The notes under the pieces: generated by a model
Told to the model about the DNA's origin: nothing
The model's input: only the letters and a program-made list of their open reading frames with translations
The model's database searches: none
Assembly: GCA_963803975.1 (NCBI GenBank)
Contig: CAWDOY010000047.1
Span: 186,385 to 250,384 of the forward strand
Source: an uncultured delta proteobacterium
Lineage (GTDB): Bacteria; Desulfobacterota; WTBG01; CAIYCZ01
Direction: 5' to 3'
Length of the DNA stretch: 64,000 nt
Position numbers and translations under genes: made by a program
Part shown: one piece after another, positions 21,121 to 29,809 of the stretch
Numbering within the stretch: position 1 is the first letter of the stretch
Layout: each line of letters starts with the position of its first letter

Positions 21121-22886
21121 CCCTTTGTTCCCTTCCCGGGAGCCAGGTCTTTTGTCTCCCGCCACCCCGGGTCCGGATTTATCCGCTGCAATGACGACTC
21201 GGGATATATCCGCTGATAGCACAGAATCTGCTGCGCCATTTTACTGAAGGCCGGTGCTGCTACAACCCCGCCGTAGGTAACTCCTTTCGGCTCATCGATC
21301 ACCACCACGATGGTGAGTTTTGGATCCTGGGCCGGAATGAATCCCACAAAGGAGGAAACGCATTTGTCAGAATAGCCTTTGCCGTTTGCAGCTATTTTCT
21401 GAGCGGTACCGGTTTTGCCGGCGACTTCAAATCCCTCCACGCAGGCTTTCTGCCCGGTTCCGCCATCCTCCGTCACGGTCTTGAGCATCTCCCTGAGCAT
21501 GCGCGCGCTCTGATCCGAGATCACGCGGCGGATGATGGTGGGGGCAGCCTCCTGAATAACCGTGCCGTTCTCTTCCTGAATTTTTTTCACCAGATACGGC
21601 CTCATGAGCAGACCGCCATTGGCAATGGCCGAATATGCAGACGCCATCTGCAGGGCCGTGACTGATACCCCCTGGCCAAAGGAAATGGTCCCGAGATTAA
21701 TTTCCCGCCACTGCGAAGCGTGCGGTATATAGCCTGACACCTCTCCCGGCAGTTCAATGCCGGTCTCCCGGCTGAAGCCAAATTTGCAAATGTAGTTATA
21801 AAAACGTTCCCGGCCAAGATGCTGGGCAATTTTACTTGCTCCGATATTGCTGGAGTATTTTATCACTTCGGTGACGCTGAGGAGTCCATGGGGGTGAGCG
21901 TCATGAATAATTTTTCCGCCCATATGGTACGAACCGTTTTCACAATCATAGATGTCCTCGGGTTTTACCACGCCCTCCTCAAGGGCTGAGCCCACAACAA
22001 ACGGCTTAAACGTTGATCCCGGCTCAAAGACATCAGTTATCGCCCGGTTTTTCCAGATGTCCCCGGGAGCACTTCCCTGGTTGGGATTAAAGGCCGGGGC
22101 AACTGCTGATGCTAAAATCTCGCCCGTCCGGGGATCGATAACCACTGCCAGCCCGCTCCGTGCCCTGGCCGCAGTAACTGCTGCCTGGAGCTCTTTCTCT
22201 ACAATGTACTGGATATTTTTATCAATCGTCAAAACGAGGTTATAGCCCCGGAGAGAATCGACCTTCTTGATACCCTCGGGAAATAAATCCCGACCCAGGG
22301 CATCCCGGTTCACCAGCAGATATCCTGACGTACCTCTAATCTGCTTATCAAACTCGCGCTCAACGCCCTCCAGACCCTGAGAGTCAACACCGACAAACCC
22401 GAGCAGCTGGCCTGCCAGTTCTTTGTGCGGATAGAAGCGCTGCGCTTCTTTAGTGAAGCCCAGTCCGCTTATTTTCAGATCTTTTATTTTCTCTGACTGC
22501 TCCGGGGTGATTTTTCTCTTTACCCAGACAAAGCTCTGCTGGCTCTGAATGATGCTTAAGATTTTGTCCCGGGAGATACCCAGGATGGAGCACATTTTCT
22601 GCGCGGTATCTTTTTTGTTTTGTATGAGCCGCGGGCGGGCATACAGCGAATCAACATCAAGGCTGAAGGCAAACTCCACCCGGTTGCGGTCATAAATTGT
22701 GCCCCGTCTGCTGCTCAAAAGCTCTTTCTTGGTTACCTGGTCGTTAAGTTTTTGGGTGAGCCATTCAGACTGTATTATCTGCAGCGTATAGGCACGGGCT
22801 CCTATGACCGCGAGCAGCATAAAAAACAGGATGCCCACCAGACGGATATTCTTTATGATCTCATAGCGGATTTTGAGCTTTACCAT
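21117..22886 (-). CDS. ftsI: Class B penicillin-binding protein FtsI/PBP3
   Basis: RGTIYDR, SxxK (GSTFK), SxN (SSN), KTG (GKTGTAQK). Confidence 0.96.
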   Translation of the reverse strand: MVKLKIRYEIIKNIRLVGILFFMLLAVIGARAYTLQIIQSEWLTQKLNDQVTKKELLSSRRGTIYDRNRVEFAFSLDVDSLYARPRLIQNKKDTAQKMCSILGISRDKILSIIQSQQSFVWVKRKITPEQSEKIKDLKISGLGFTKEAQRFYPHKELAGQLLGFVGVDSQGLEGVEREFDKQIRGTSGYLLVNRDALGRDLFPEGIKKVDSLRGYNLVLTIDKNIQYIVEKELQAAVTAARARSGLAVVIDPRTGEILASAVAPAFNPNQGSAPGDIWKNRAITDVFEPGSTFKPFVVGSALEEGVVKPEDIYDCENGSYHMGGKIIHDAHPHGLLSVTEVIKYSSNIGASKIAQHLGRERFYNYICKFGFSRETGIELPGEVSGYIPHASQWREINLGTISFGQGVSVTALQMASAYSAIANGGLLMRPYLVKKIQEENGTVIQEAAPTIIRRVISDQSARMLREMLKTVTEDGGTGQKACVEGFEVAGKTGTAQKIAANGKGYSDKCVSSFVGFIPAQDPKLTIVVVIDEPKGVTYGGVVAAPAFSKMAQQILCYQRIYPESSLQRINPDPGWRETKDLAPGKGTKG

Positions 22887-23227
22887 TCCAGTACAATGAC
22901 CTGTTTGGTTTTGGGGGTAACCATGCCCAGCTCATTGCGGGCAATGTTTTCAATGCGGGAAGAGGTCATCAGGGCCGAGCGCTCCACCCGCAGGGCATCA
23001 TTCTCCTGAGTGACCCGCTCCTGCAGTGCACGCGCCCCGGAAATTTGATACCCGGTCTGGAGAATATAAATGCGGATCCAGAAAAACAGCAGGAAGCACA
23101 GCACCAGGGCAATGCCCAGGCTTATGGCAACCACGCCACAGGCGAGGCTGTCGGGTGTTTTCTGCTTCACCCTCTGCCGGGCCAGGATATTGGTATGAAT
23201 AAATCGTTCAGTTATGACTTCAATCAT
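22880..23227 (-). CDS. ftsL: Cell division protein FtsL
   Basis: One TM, coiled coil, RIENIARNELGM..P; lies between rsmH and ftsI. Confidence 0.88.
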   Translation of the reverse strand: MIEVITERFIHTNILARQRVKQKTPDSLACGVVAISLGIALVLCFLLFFWIRIYILQTGYQISGARALQERVTQENDALRVERSALMTSSRIENIARNELGMVTPKTKQVIVLEW

Positions 23228-23298
23228 GGGTACCCCCCGCTGGAATTATTTCTACCTCTCTCTTGCTGACGTCCCGCTCTCGCTGCCTGCCATGATAG

Positions 23299-24234
23299 TT
23301 AGATTCTCTCCGCCACCCTTAGTTTTGCACTCCGGGAACGCGGATTCGCCCCCATTTCATCCGCTGCAGGAATGAGCGGTTTTTTAGTCAGTATGGTTAT
23401 GGTCTTTTCTTTCCCGCACATGCAGCGCGGCAGTCGCGGCGGACAGATACAGCCTTTCTCCTGCTGCTGCAGTTTCTGTTTGGTAATTCTGTCTTCCAGT
23501 GAATGAAACGAAATAACACAGAGCCTGCCGCCGCTGTTCAGCAGATCGATAGACTCATCCAGCGCACGGTTGAGATGATCAAGTTCGTCATTGACTGCAA
23601 TGCGTAACGCCTGGAAGGTTCTGGTGGCAGGATGGATAGTGCGCGGATGGTGCCGGGCGGGAATCGCTGCGGAAACGAGATGAGAGAGTTCCAGGGTAGA
23701 GGTGATGGGTGACTGCTCCCGGCGCTTCAGAATCGTGCGGGCAATTTTTCGTGCCCACCGCTCTTCGCCATAGGTGCGCAGTATATGCTCTATTTCAGGG
23801 GCTGAGGAGGTATTGACCAGAGCATATGCCGGTACTGCAGTGTTTTGATCCATTCTCATATCTAATGGCCCCTGCGACTTAAAGCTGAAGCCCCGCTGGG
23901 GATCTTCAAGCTGCATGGAAGAAACACCGAGGTCAAATAAAATGCCATCAAGGTAATGAATCTGCATGCTGTTGAGTATCTGTTTAACATCTGCAAAGTT
24001 ACCCTGAATTACGACCGCCCGGTCATGAAATGCTGCAAGATTTTTCTGCGCCAGGGCTATTGCCTGAGCATCCCGGTCTATTCCCACCAGCAGCGCAATA
24101 CCGGGACAGCTATTCAGCAGCGCCGCTGCATGGCCACCAGCACCAACTGTTGCATCAACGTACATGCCGCCATCCCTGCAGTGCATCCACTCAACAACTT
24201 CTCTCGGGAGCACCGGAACATGCGCGCTGTCCAT
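23299..24234 (-). CDS. rsmH: 16S rRNA m4C1402 methyltransferase
   Basis: HVPVL, DATVGAGGH, DLGVSSMQL, HPATRTFQALRIAVN, SFHSLEDR. Confidence 0.97.
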   Translation of the reverse strand: MDSAHVPVLPREVVEWMHCRDGGMYVDATVGAGGHAAALLNSCPGIALLVGIDRDAQAIALAQKNLAAFHDRAVVIQGNFADVKQILNSMQIHYLDGILFDLGVSSMQLEDPQRGFSFKSQGPLDMRMDQNTAVPAYALVNTSSAPEIEHILRTYGEERWARKIARTILKRREQSPITSTLELSHLVSAAIPARHHPRTIHPATRTFQALRIAVNDELDHLNRALDESIDLLNSGGRLCVISFHSLEDRITKQKLQQQEKGCICPPRLPRCMCGKEKTITILTKKPLIPAADEMGANPRSRSAKLRVAERI

Positions 24235-24242
24235 GGTGTCAT

Positions 24243-24686
24243 CTACAATTTAAGATCATTGAGAATCTCGCTGATATGTTCACCGGGCTCATTGTTCTGC
24301 GCCTGTTCGATAGTCTGAGTAAAAAGCTCTTTATCCCAGATCTCAAAGTGTTTGATACGGCCGGCAATCACCACGTCCTTTTCTATCTTCGCAACCATGC
24401 GCAGGCTGTTGGGGACCAGAATTCTGCCCTGCTTATCAACCGTGCATTCGCTTGCGTGGGAAAGCAGATGGCGCTGCAAATCCCGCATTTCCCTGCTGCC
24501 GCTCGGAAGGTCGTAAACTTTTTCCTCAAATTTTATCCACTCATCATGGGGGTACACATAGAGACAACCATCAAACGTGGTAATGACAATGGTGTCATTA
24601 TACTTGCGGAGTATTTCGCGGAATTTTACCGGCAGGCTTACTCGTCCCTTATCATCAATGGTATGATCAAATCTTCCCCTGAACAT
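24243..24686 (-). CDS. mraZ: Transcriptional repressor MraZ
   Basis: MFRG, two DxxxR repeats (DDKGR, DKQGR), FEIWD. Confidence 0.97.
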   Translation of the reverse strand: MFRGRFDHTIDDKGRVSLPVKFREILRKYNDTIVITTFDGCLYVYPHDEWIKFEEKVYDLPSGSREMRDLQRHLLSHASECTVDKQGRILVPNSLRMVAKIEKDVVIAGRIKHFEIWDKELFTQTIEQAQNNEPGEHISEILNDLKL

Positions 24687-24708
24687 GGCCGCCCCATGGT
24701 TTAATTAA

Positions 24709-24733
24709 CCACTAAAAACCACTTTATCCCACT
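24709..24733 (-). promoter_or_regulatory. MraZ operator: three GTGG repeats at 10-bp period
   Basis: Minus strand reads AGTGGGATAA AGTGGTTTTT AGTGG, between the promoter and the mraZ start. Confidence 0.8.
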
Positions 24734-24742
24734 TAAGCGCGG

Positions 24743-24771
24743 AATATATTCTCATATTAAAAGGTTGTCAA
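24743..24771 (-). promoter_or_regulatory. Sigma-70 promoter of the dcw cluster
   Basis: TTGACA-N17-TATATT on the minus strand, just upstream of the MraZ repeats. Confidence 0.78.
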
Positions 24772-24822
24772 GAAAAAAATAATGTTTTTCTAATAAGTTT
24801 CAGATTTTTTTTAGCTAAATTA

Positions 24823-24869
24823 ATACTACATATGGGGCTAAATTAACGTCCATACACTAAATATAGTGA
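24823..24869. promoter_or_regulatory. Tandem NrdR-box-like sites in the mraZ/SPOR divergent region
   Basis: ATACTACATATGGGGC (24823-24838) and ACACTAAATATAGTGA (24854-24869), 31 bp apart; consensus acaCwAtATaTwGtgt. Confidence 0.65.
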
Positions 24870-25044
24870 TTATTGATAAAAAAATGATTATAAGGGGTAA
24901 AACATAAAAAAAATTTTTGTCTTTTCTATCCATACTTCTGCAAAATAACCAGCCGTAATAAAAACTTGAAACCTCTTATTGAAAGGTATATTTATTTTTT
25001 CTGATCCGTTAAAGAATTGGCGCTAACAATATTTTTTTATCTGC

Positions 25045-26070
25045 ATGAAAAAAAATCTTTTTTTCTTATACCTTTTTTTCAGCATTATGCTTGCTGCCTT
25101 TTCTCGCAGCAGTGCTGCGGAAGAACCGACGGCAAAAAAACAGCCGGGGAATAAATTATCGTTTTGCATCCACGTTGAAGCCATAGCAGACAAAGACCAG
25201 GCGCAGGCGCTTGAAAAAAAATTTATACAGAAGGGGTATCCCGCGTACCTTGAAGAGTCTCAGGATAATGCCGGCAAAACCGTCTACCAGGTGCGCATTG
25301 GGAAATATGCGTCCCGCAGCAAAGCAGAAACAGCAGCACGTAATTTTTATAAGAAAGAAAAAAAAGCCTACTTGATCACGGCGCTGCAATCAGACGAAAT
25401 TATTCCTGCTGTTGATCAAACGCAAAAAGCTGACCGTGCGGCAGCGGATAGTGTTGCAGAGGAAGAGGCTGAAGCAGACCCTGATGGAGCGGGGGAACCA
25501 TCGGCTCCTGAAACAATGCGCATCGGAACCAGTCAGGGTGAACCCGCTGCGGTTACCAGAATCTATACCTATCGCGGGCCGCAGGGATATCTGTGCATGA
25601 CCAACAATCTCGAGAGAATCCCCCGGGAACTGCAAAACAGCGTGGAATCCATCTCTGTCTTCCCGGTCACATTTGTTGCTTTCAATCAGAAGAAAAAAGT
25701 GCTCACCCTTGAAATAGAAAAGAGGGAGCAGGATGTGAAGCTCATGGGCGTCTCCCTTTCCTCTTCCTCTGTTGTCCGGCAGGTTTTTTCTTACTGCGAA
25801 AAAAATTTAAAGGCTGTTCCCCTGCGCCTTAAATACGCTCCTCGCCGTGATGAAAAAAAAGATGCGCCCCTTATGGTAACCATTCTTTTAAAACAGGGGA
25901 TTTTGATAAATCTGGAAATAGTCCGGCTTGGTATTGCGCCATGCGCGGCGGAGAATCTTTCCGGGCAATTCAAAAAAGATTGTCTGGAAGCAGAGGCAGC
26001 AGCACGCAGCAGCAAGTCTGGTATCTGGGCGGAAAACCTGCAGGTCAGTAACCGGCGCAGTAGAAGATAA
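25045..26070 (+). CDS. Exported SPOR-domain protein with a degenerate thermonuclease-like C-terminal domain
   Basis: Signal peptide; SPOR pattern (KGYPAYL...VYQVRIGKYASRSKAE); acidic linker; C-terminal INLEIVRLGIA...AEAAARSSKSGIWA like staphylococcal-nuclease family tails. Confidence 0.75.
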   Translation: MKKNLFFLYLFFSIMLAAFSRSSAAEEPTAKKQPGNKLSFCIHVEAIADKDQAQALEKKFIQKGYPAYLEESQDNAGKTVYQVRIGKYASRSKAETAARNFYKKEKKAYLITALQSDEIIPAVDQTQKADRAAADSVAEEEAEADPDGAGEPSAPETMRIGTSQGEPAAVTRIYTYRGPQGYLCMTNNLERIPRELQNSVESISVFPVTFVAFNQKKKVLTLEIEKREQDVKLMGVSLSSSSVVRQVFSYCEKNLKAVPLRLKYAPRRDEKKDAPLMVTILLKQGILINLEIVRLGIAPCAAENLSGQFKKDCLEAEAAARSSKSGIWAENLQVSNRRSRR

Positions 26071-26201
26071 ACGCTGCAGGCATAACCGCAATGGTGGTAA
26101 CTGCAGCTGTCGTGCTATCCGGTTAATTGTTTGTTGAATTAAGCACTGAAAGAGGGTATATAGGTTCCCTCTTTTACTTTTATTGGAGTATCAACGCGAA
26201 A

Positions 26202-27956
26202 ATGAAAAAGATCGGGCTTGGTTCAAGGCCATCAGAGATTAAGCAAAAGGATAAAAGCCTTGAGCTTGACCACCAGATTGATGAAAAGCCCGGGCGCAGC
26301 GCTGGCAGCGAGGTCACCATCATCACCAAGCGGCCGGTGCGGGGAGAAAGCTCTTCCCGGAACTATCTGCTTATCGGTATCATTGTGGCGCTGCTTGCCG
26401 GAGCAGGTATACTTCTCAATCAGGTTGGCGCTTTCTCGCGGGGAGGCCTGCAGAGCCTCTTCTCTTTTACCGCGGCACTTGATTACATTGAGTTTGTCAC
26501 CGGAGAGCGGACCGTTACCATTCAGAATGGAGAAAGTTTTGACGTACCATTCAAAGACGGTTTCAATATCAAGCGTATTGCCTGCAAAGGATGGTATAAG
26601 CTCTTCCCCCCTGAGGCTATTCAGGTTGAAGTTTCAGAAATAGGCAAACTGCCCAATTATTATCAGGACAATATCATCCCCCTGCTGAAACCGGAAAAAA
26701 CGTGCGCCTACACGCTCACCGTCCTGAAAAACGGAGGCCCCATAGGAGCAATACGATTTACCTTACGCTGGCTGCACAGGACTGGATTGCCCGGGCTGAA
26801 GCGGTCACGGACACTGATACTAAAAATATCTGTTTTAAAAATGCCATCAAGGCAAATCCCGACTCAGAAACAGCGCGCCTTGGCCTGGCAAAATCATTTG
26901 AGCAGAAAAAACAGGTTAAGAATGCCGTCACGGAGTATGAAGAGATTATAAAAAAGAATCCCCGCAACCGGGACGTGCTGGCAGCCCTTGTCCCGCTCTA
27001 CATCCAGACAAAAAAAACCGGGAAACTGATCGAGACCTACAAATCTCTTGCTTCCCTGGATACCGGTAAAGCCGATGACTATTATTATAAAGCCGGCTCT
27101 GTTGCAGAGAAAAGCGGCAACACCGGTGAAGCGATCGATCTCTACAAAAAATCAGTTGCCGCTAATGGCAGCTAACCTTGATGCGCGGCAGAAACTCATC
27201 AAGCTCTATGAGAAAGAAAACAAGTGGGATCTGGTAGCGGAACAGGCCCGGGAACTCGTGAAGCAGGACCCGAAGAATGCCAATCTCTATCTCTACCTCT
27301 CTGACGCTTATCTCAAGCTGAACCGGCTTGACCAGGCAATCGCAGAAGCTGAGAAGGCTGCTAAGCTCAATCCGAAAGATGCTGCCATCCAGCTGCAGTG
27401 CGCCCTGCTGTACGAGAAGGCAAAAAAGGATGACAAGGCGATTGAGGCCTATAAAAGGCTGGTCGCCCTCAACACAAAAAATGCCGCCGCATACAATAAC
27501 CTCGGCATGCTGCAGGAAAAGAAGGGAGACCGCAAAGATGCCATTGCCAATTATGAAAAAGCGGTTTCTCTTGATGCTGACAACAAGGTGTTTCTCATTA
27601 ACCTTGCTGACGCCTATGAGAAGGAGAAAGAGTGGGACAAAGCCATAAAAGGCTATGAGAAAGTGGTGCAGATAGACAAGGGAAATACCGGCGCCTGGGA
27701 GGCGCTGGCAGTTCTCTGTCAGAAAGCCGGAAAAAATGAGGAAGTCATTAAGGCCTATAAGGAGCTGTCCCGCATCGAGCCGAAGAAAGTGCTCTGGCAT
27801 CAGCGGCTCGCCGCACTCTACGAAGAGCAGGGAAACCTTGCCGCGGCAAAAAAAGAATACCGGGCGGTTTTAAAACTGAATCCCAATGACAAGGTGGCAA
27901 AGCAGAAGATGCTTGATATATCCATCAAAAGCCTGCAGAAGAAGCTGAAGAAGTAA
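26202..27956 (+). CDS. Membrane-anchored TPR protein (two indels)
   Basis: One TM (YLLIGIIVALLAGAGILL), then many TPR units (AAAYNNLGML..., AWEALAVL...) across three frames. Confidence 0.85.
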
Positions 27957-28034
27957 CACCATTCTGTACAGAGGGATATTGACCGGCAGCAAAAAAAAGG
28001 GTATAGATAGTATCTGATCAATACATACTATTGC

Positions 28035-28111
28035 GCGCCCGTAGCTCAGCTGGATAGAGTGCCGGACTACGAATCCGAAGGTCGGAGGTTCGAATCCTCT
28101 CGGGCGCGCCA
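28035..28111 (+). tRNA. tRNA-Arg(ACG)
   Basis: Acceptor GCGCCCG/CGGGCGC, D arm GCTC/GAGT, anticodon loop CT-ACG-AA, T loop GGTTCGAATCC, encoded CCA. Confidence 0.97.
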
Positions 28112-28123
28112 AAATATTAAGTA

Positions 28124-28166
28124 AAAATAGGCAGATAGCTAATAGAAGCTTCTGTCTATTTTTTTG
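28124..28166 (+). terminator. Terminator-like hairpin after the tRNA
   Basis: AAAAATAGGCAGA...TCTGTCTATTTTTTT. Confidence 0.7.
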
Positions 28167-28175
28167 TTTGAATTT

Positions 28176-28346
28176 TTTTGTGGCAGTACTAGGAGAACAT
28201 AATGGTTGATAGTGGAATAGATGGACGATAGTGAAATATCGTTATCCGTTTATATGAACGATTGTTTTTAGAAAGACATGTATTATTAATTAGTTAAAAT
28301 ATTAAAAGCACCTCGGATAATTAATCCGTGGGTCGGGAGTAAGAAT
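28176..28346 (+). repeat. Degenerate copy of the islet right-end arm plus a decayed tRNA 3' fragment
   Basis: 28176-28236 matches 32344-32404 at 52/61 by manual alignment; AATCCGTGGGTCGGGAGTAAGAAT at 28323 sits at the same offset as attR does in the right copy. Confidence 0.72.
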
Positions 28347-28480
28347 TATTCACTTTACCCAAAAGTTAATGGAATGAAATAAATTTTTTTCACGTTTTTG
28401 CCACCAATAATTGCCATGTATTTCACATTTTTAATACAAATAATTTGAATAAATTCACGTTTTTTGCTATATAATAAATT

Positions 28481-29785
28481 ATGAAACGGGATATTTATGA
28501 AAATTTAACCAAGTGGAAAAGCTCAGATCGCCGGAAACCTTTAATTCTCAGAGGGGCACGGCAAGTAGGAAAAACTTATATTTTGAAAGAATTTGGTAAG
28601 AATGAATATGAAAATGTTGCTTACTTCAATTTTGAGGAAGATCCCGGACTAAACGACTTTTTTAAAGGTAGAATTGAACCAGAAAAAATAATTGAGAAAT
28701 TATCGATCTACCTGGAAACAAAGATTCTTCCGGAAAAGACTCTCTTAATATTTGATGAGGTCCAGAGTTCACCGGAGACATTAAACAGCCTGAAATATTT
28801 TAATGAAAAAGCAAATCAATACCATATAGCTACAGCGGGTTCGCTGCTGGGAATAAAGATTGGTCAGTCTGCTCCCTTCCCGGTTGGGAAGGTTAATTTT
28901 ATGGACCTCTATCCTTTCTCTTTTGGAGAGTACCTTGAAGGAATCGGAAAATCTCAGCTCCGACAATTTTTAAAGAGTAAAACTTCCCTTCAGCCAATAG
29001 AGACCAGTTTTCATGAAGAGTTGATTGACCACCTGAAAATGTATTATTTCATAGGAGGGATGCCCGAAGCAATACTTCAGTATAAAAATGATGGTGATCT
29101 TAACAAGGTTCGAGTCGTTCAACAGGAAATGCTGACTGCATATGAAATGGACTTCTCAAAATATGCATCAAAATCAGATGCAATAAAAATCACTAATACG
29201 TGGAAGGCTATCCCCGGGCAGCTGGCAAAAGAAAATAAAAAATTCAGATTCACGGAGATTTCAAAACACGCACGTGCAAGAGATTACAATGATATTATTC
29301 AATGGCTCGTAGATGCCGGATTGGTATACAAGAGTTTCAACGTAACAAGTCCTAAGCTGCCACTGAGTGGATACCGTGAAGAGCAAATATTTAAATTGTT
29401 CGTACTTGACACTGGTCTTCTCTGCGCAATGCTCAATATTTCACAAAAAACAATTGTTGAAGGTAACGCCCTTTTCTCAGAATACAACGGGGCATTTGTA
29501 GAAAACTATGTTGCGCAGGAATTCATCGCACAAGGTTATAAAGAAATTTATTATTGGACCAGTAACAACAGCGCAGAGGTTGATTTCATAATTGCCTATA
29601 ACGAGCTTATTTATCCCCTTGAAGTGAAATCCGGCATGAGCACTAAAAATAAAAGCCTGAGAATGTATGGCGATAAATATCATCCCCCTGCTCTCTCGCG
29701 AACAAACCTGAGAAATTTTAATCGAGATCATAAAATAAATAATTATCCATTATATGCTGTGTCACTTTTCCCTCGTCTTATATAA
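28481..29785 (+). CDS. AAA_14 ATPase with DUF4143 and C-terminal PD-(D/E)xK nuclease-like motif
   Basis: GARQVGKT, IFDEVQ, ATAGS, GGMPEA, KLFVLDTGLL, GAFVENYV, EVDF...PLEVKSG. Confidence 0.92.
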   Translation: MKRDIYENLTKWKSSDRRKPLILRGARQVGKTYILKEFGKNEYENVAYFNFEEDPGLNDFFKGRIEPEKIIEKLSIYLETKILPEKTLLIFDEVQSSPETLNSLKYFNEKANQYHIATAGSLLGIKIGQSAPFPVGKVNFMDLYPFSFGEYLEGIGKSQLRQFLKSKTSLQPIETSFHEELIDHLKMYYFIGGMPEAILQYKNDGDLNKVRVVQQEMLTAYEMDFSKYASKSDAIKITNTWKAIPGQLAKENKKFRFTEISKHARARDYNDIIQWLVDAGLVYKSFNVTSPKLPLSGYREEQIFKLFVLDTGLLCAMLNISQKTIVEGNALFSEYNGAFVENYVAQEFIAQGYKEIYYWTSNNSAEVDFIIAYNELIYPLEVKSGMSTKNKSLRMYGDKYHPPALSRTNLRNFNRDHKINNYPLYAVSLFPRLI

Positions 29786-29809
29786 ACTTTTTAATACTTC
29801 TGTCTCTAT

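Noticed and set aside
28062..28078. C-A mismatch at the top of the tRNA anticodon stem as a sign of integration damage
   Set aside because: Both att copies share the same 3' strand, so there is no evidence of replacement; a tolerated mismatch or base error is more likely.
27870..28112. 80-aa minus-strand ORF MARPRGFEPPTFGFVVRHSIQLSYGR
   Set aside because: It is the antisense translation of tRNA-Arg.
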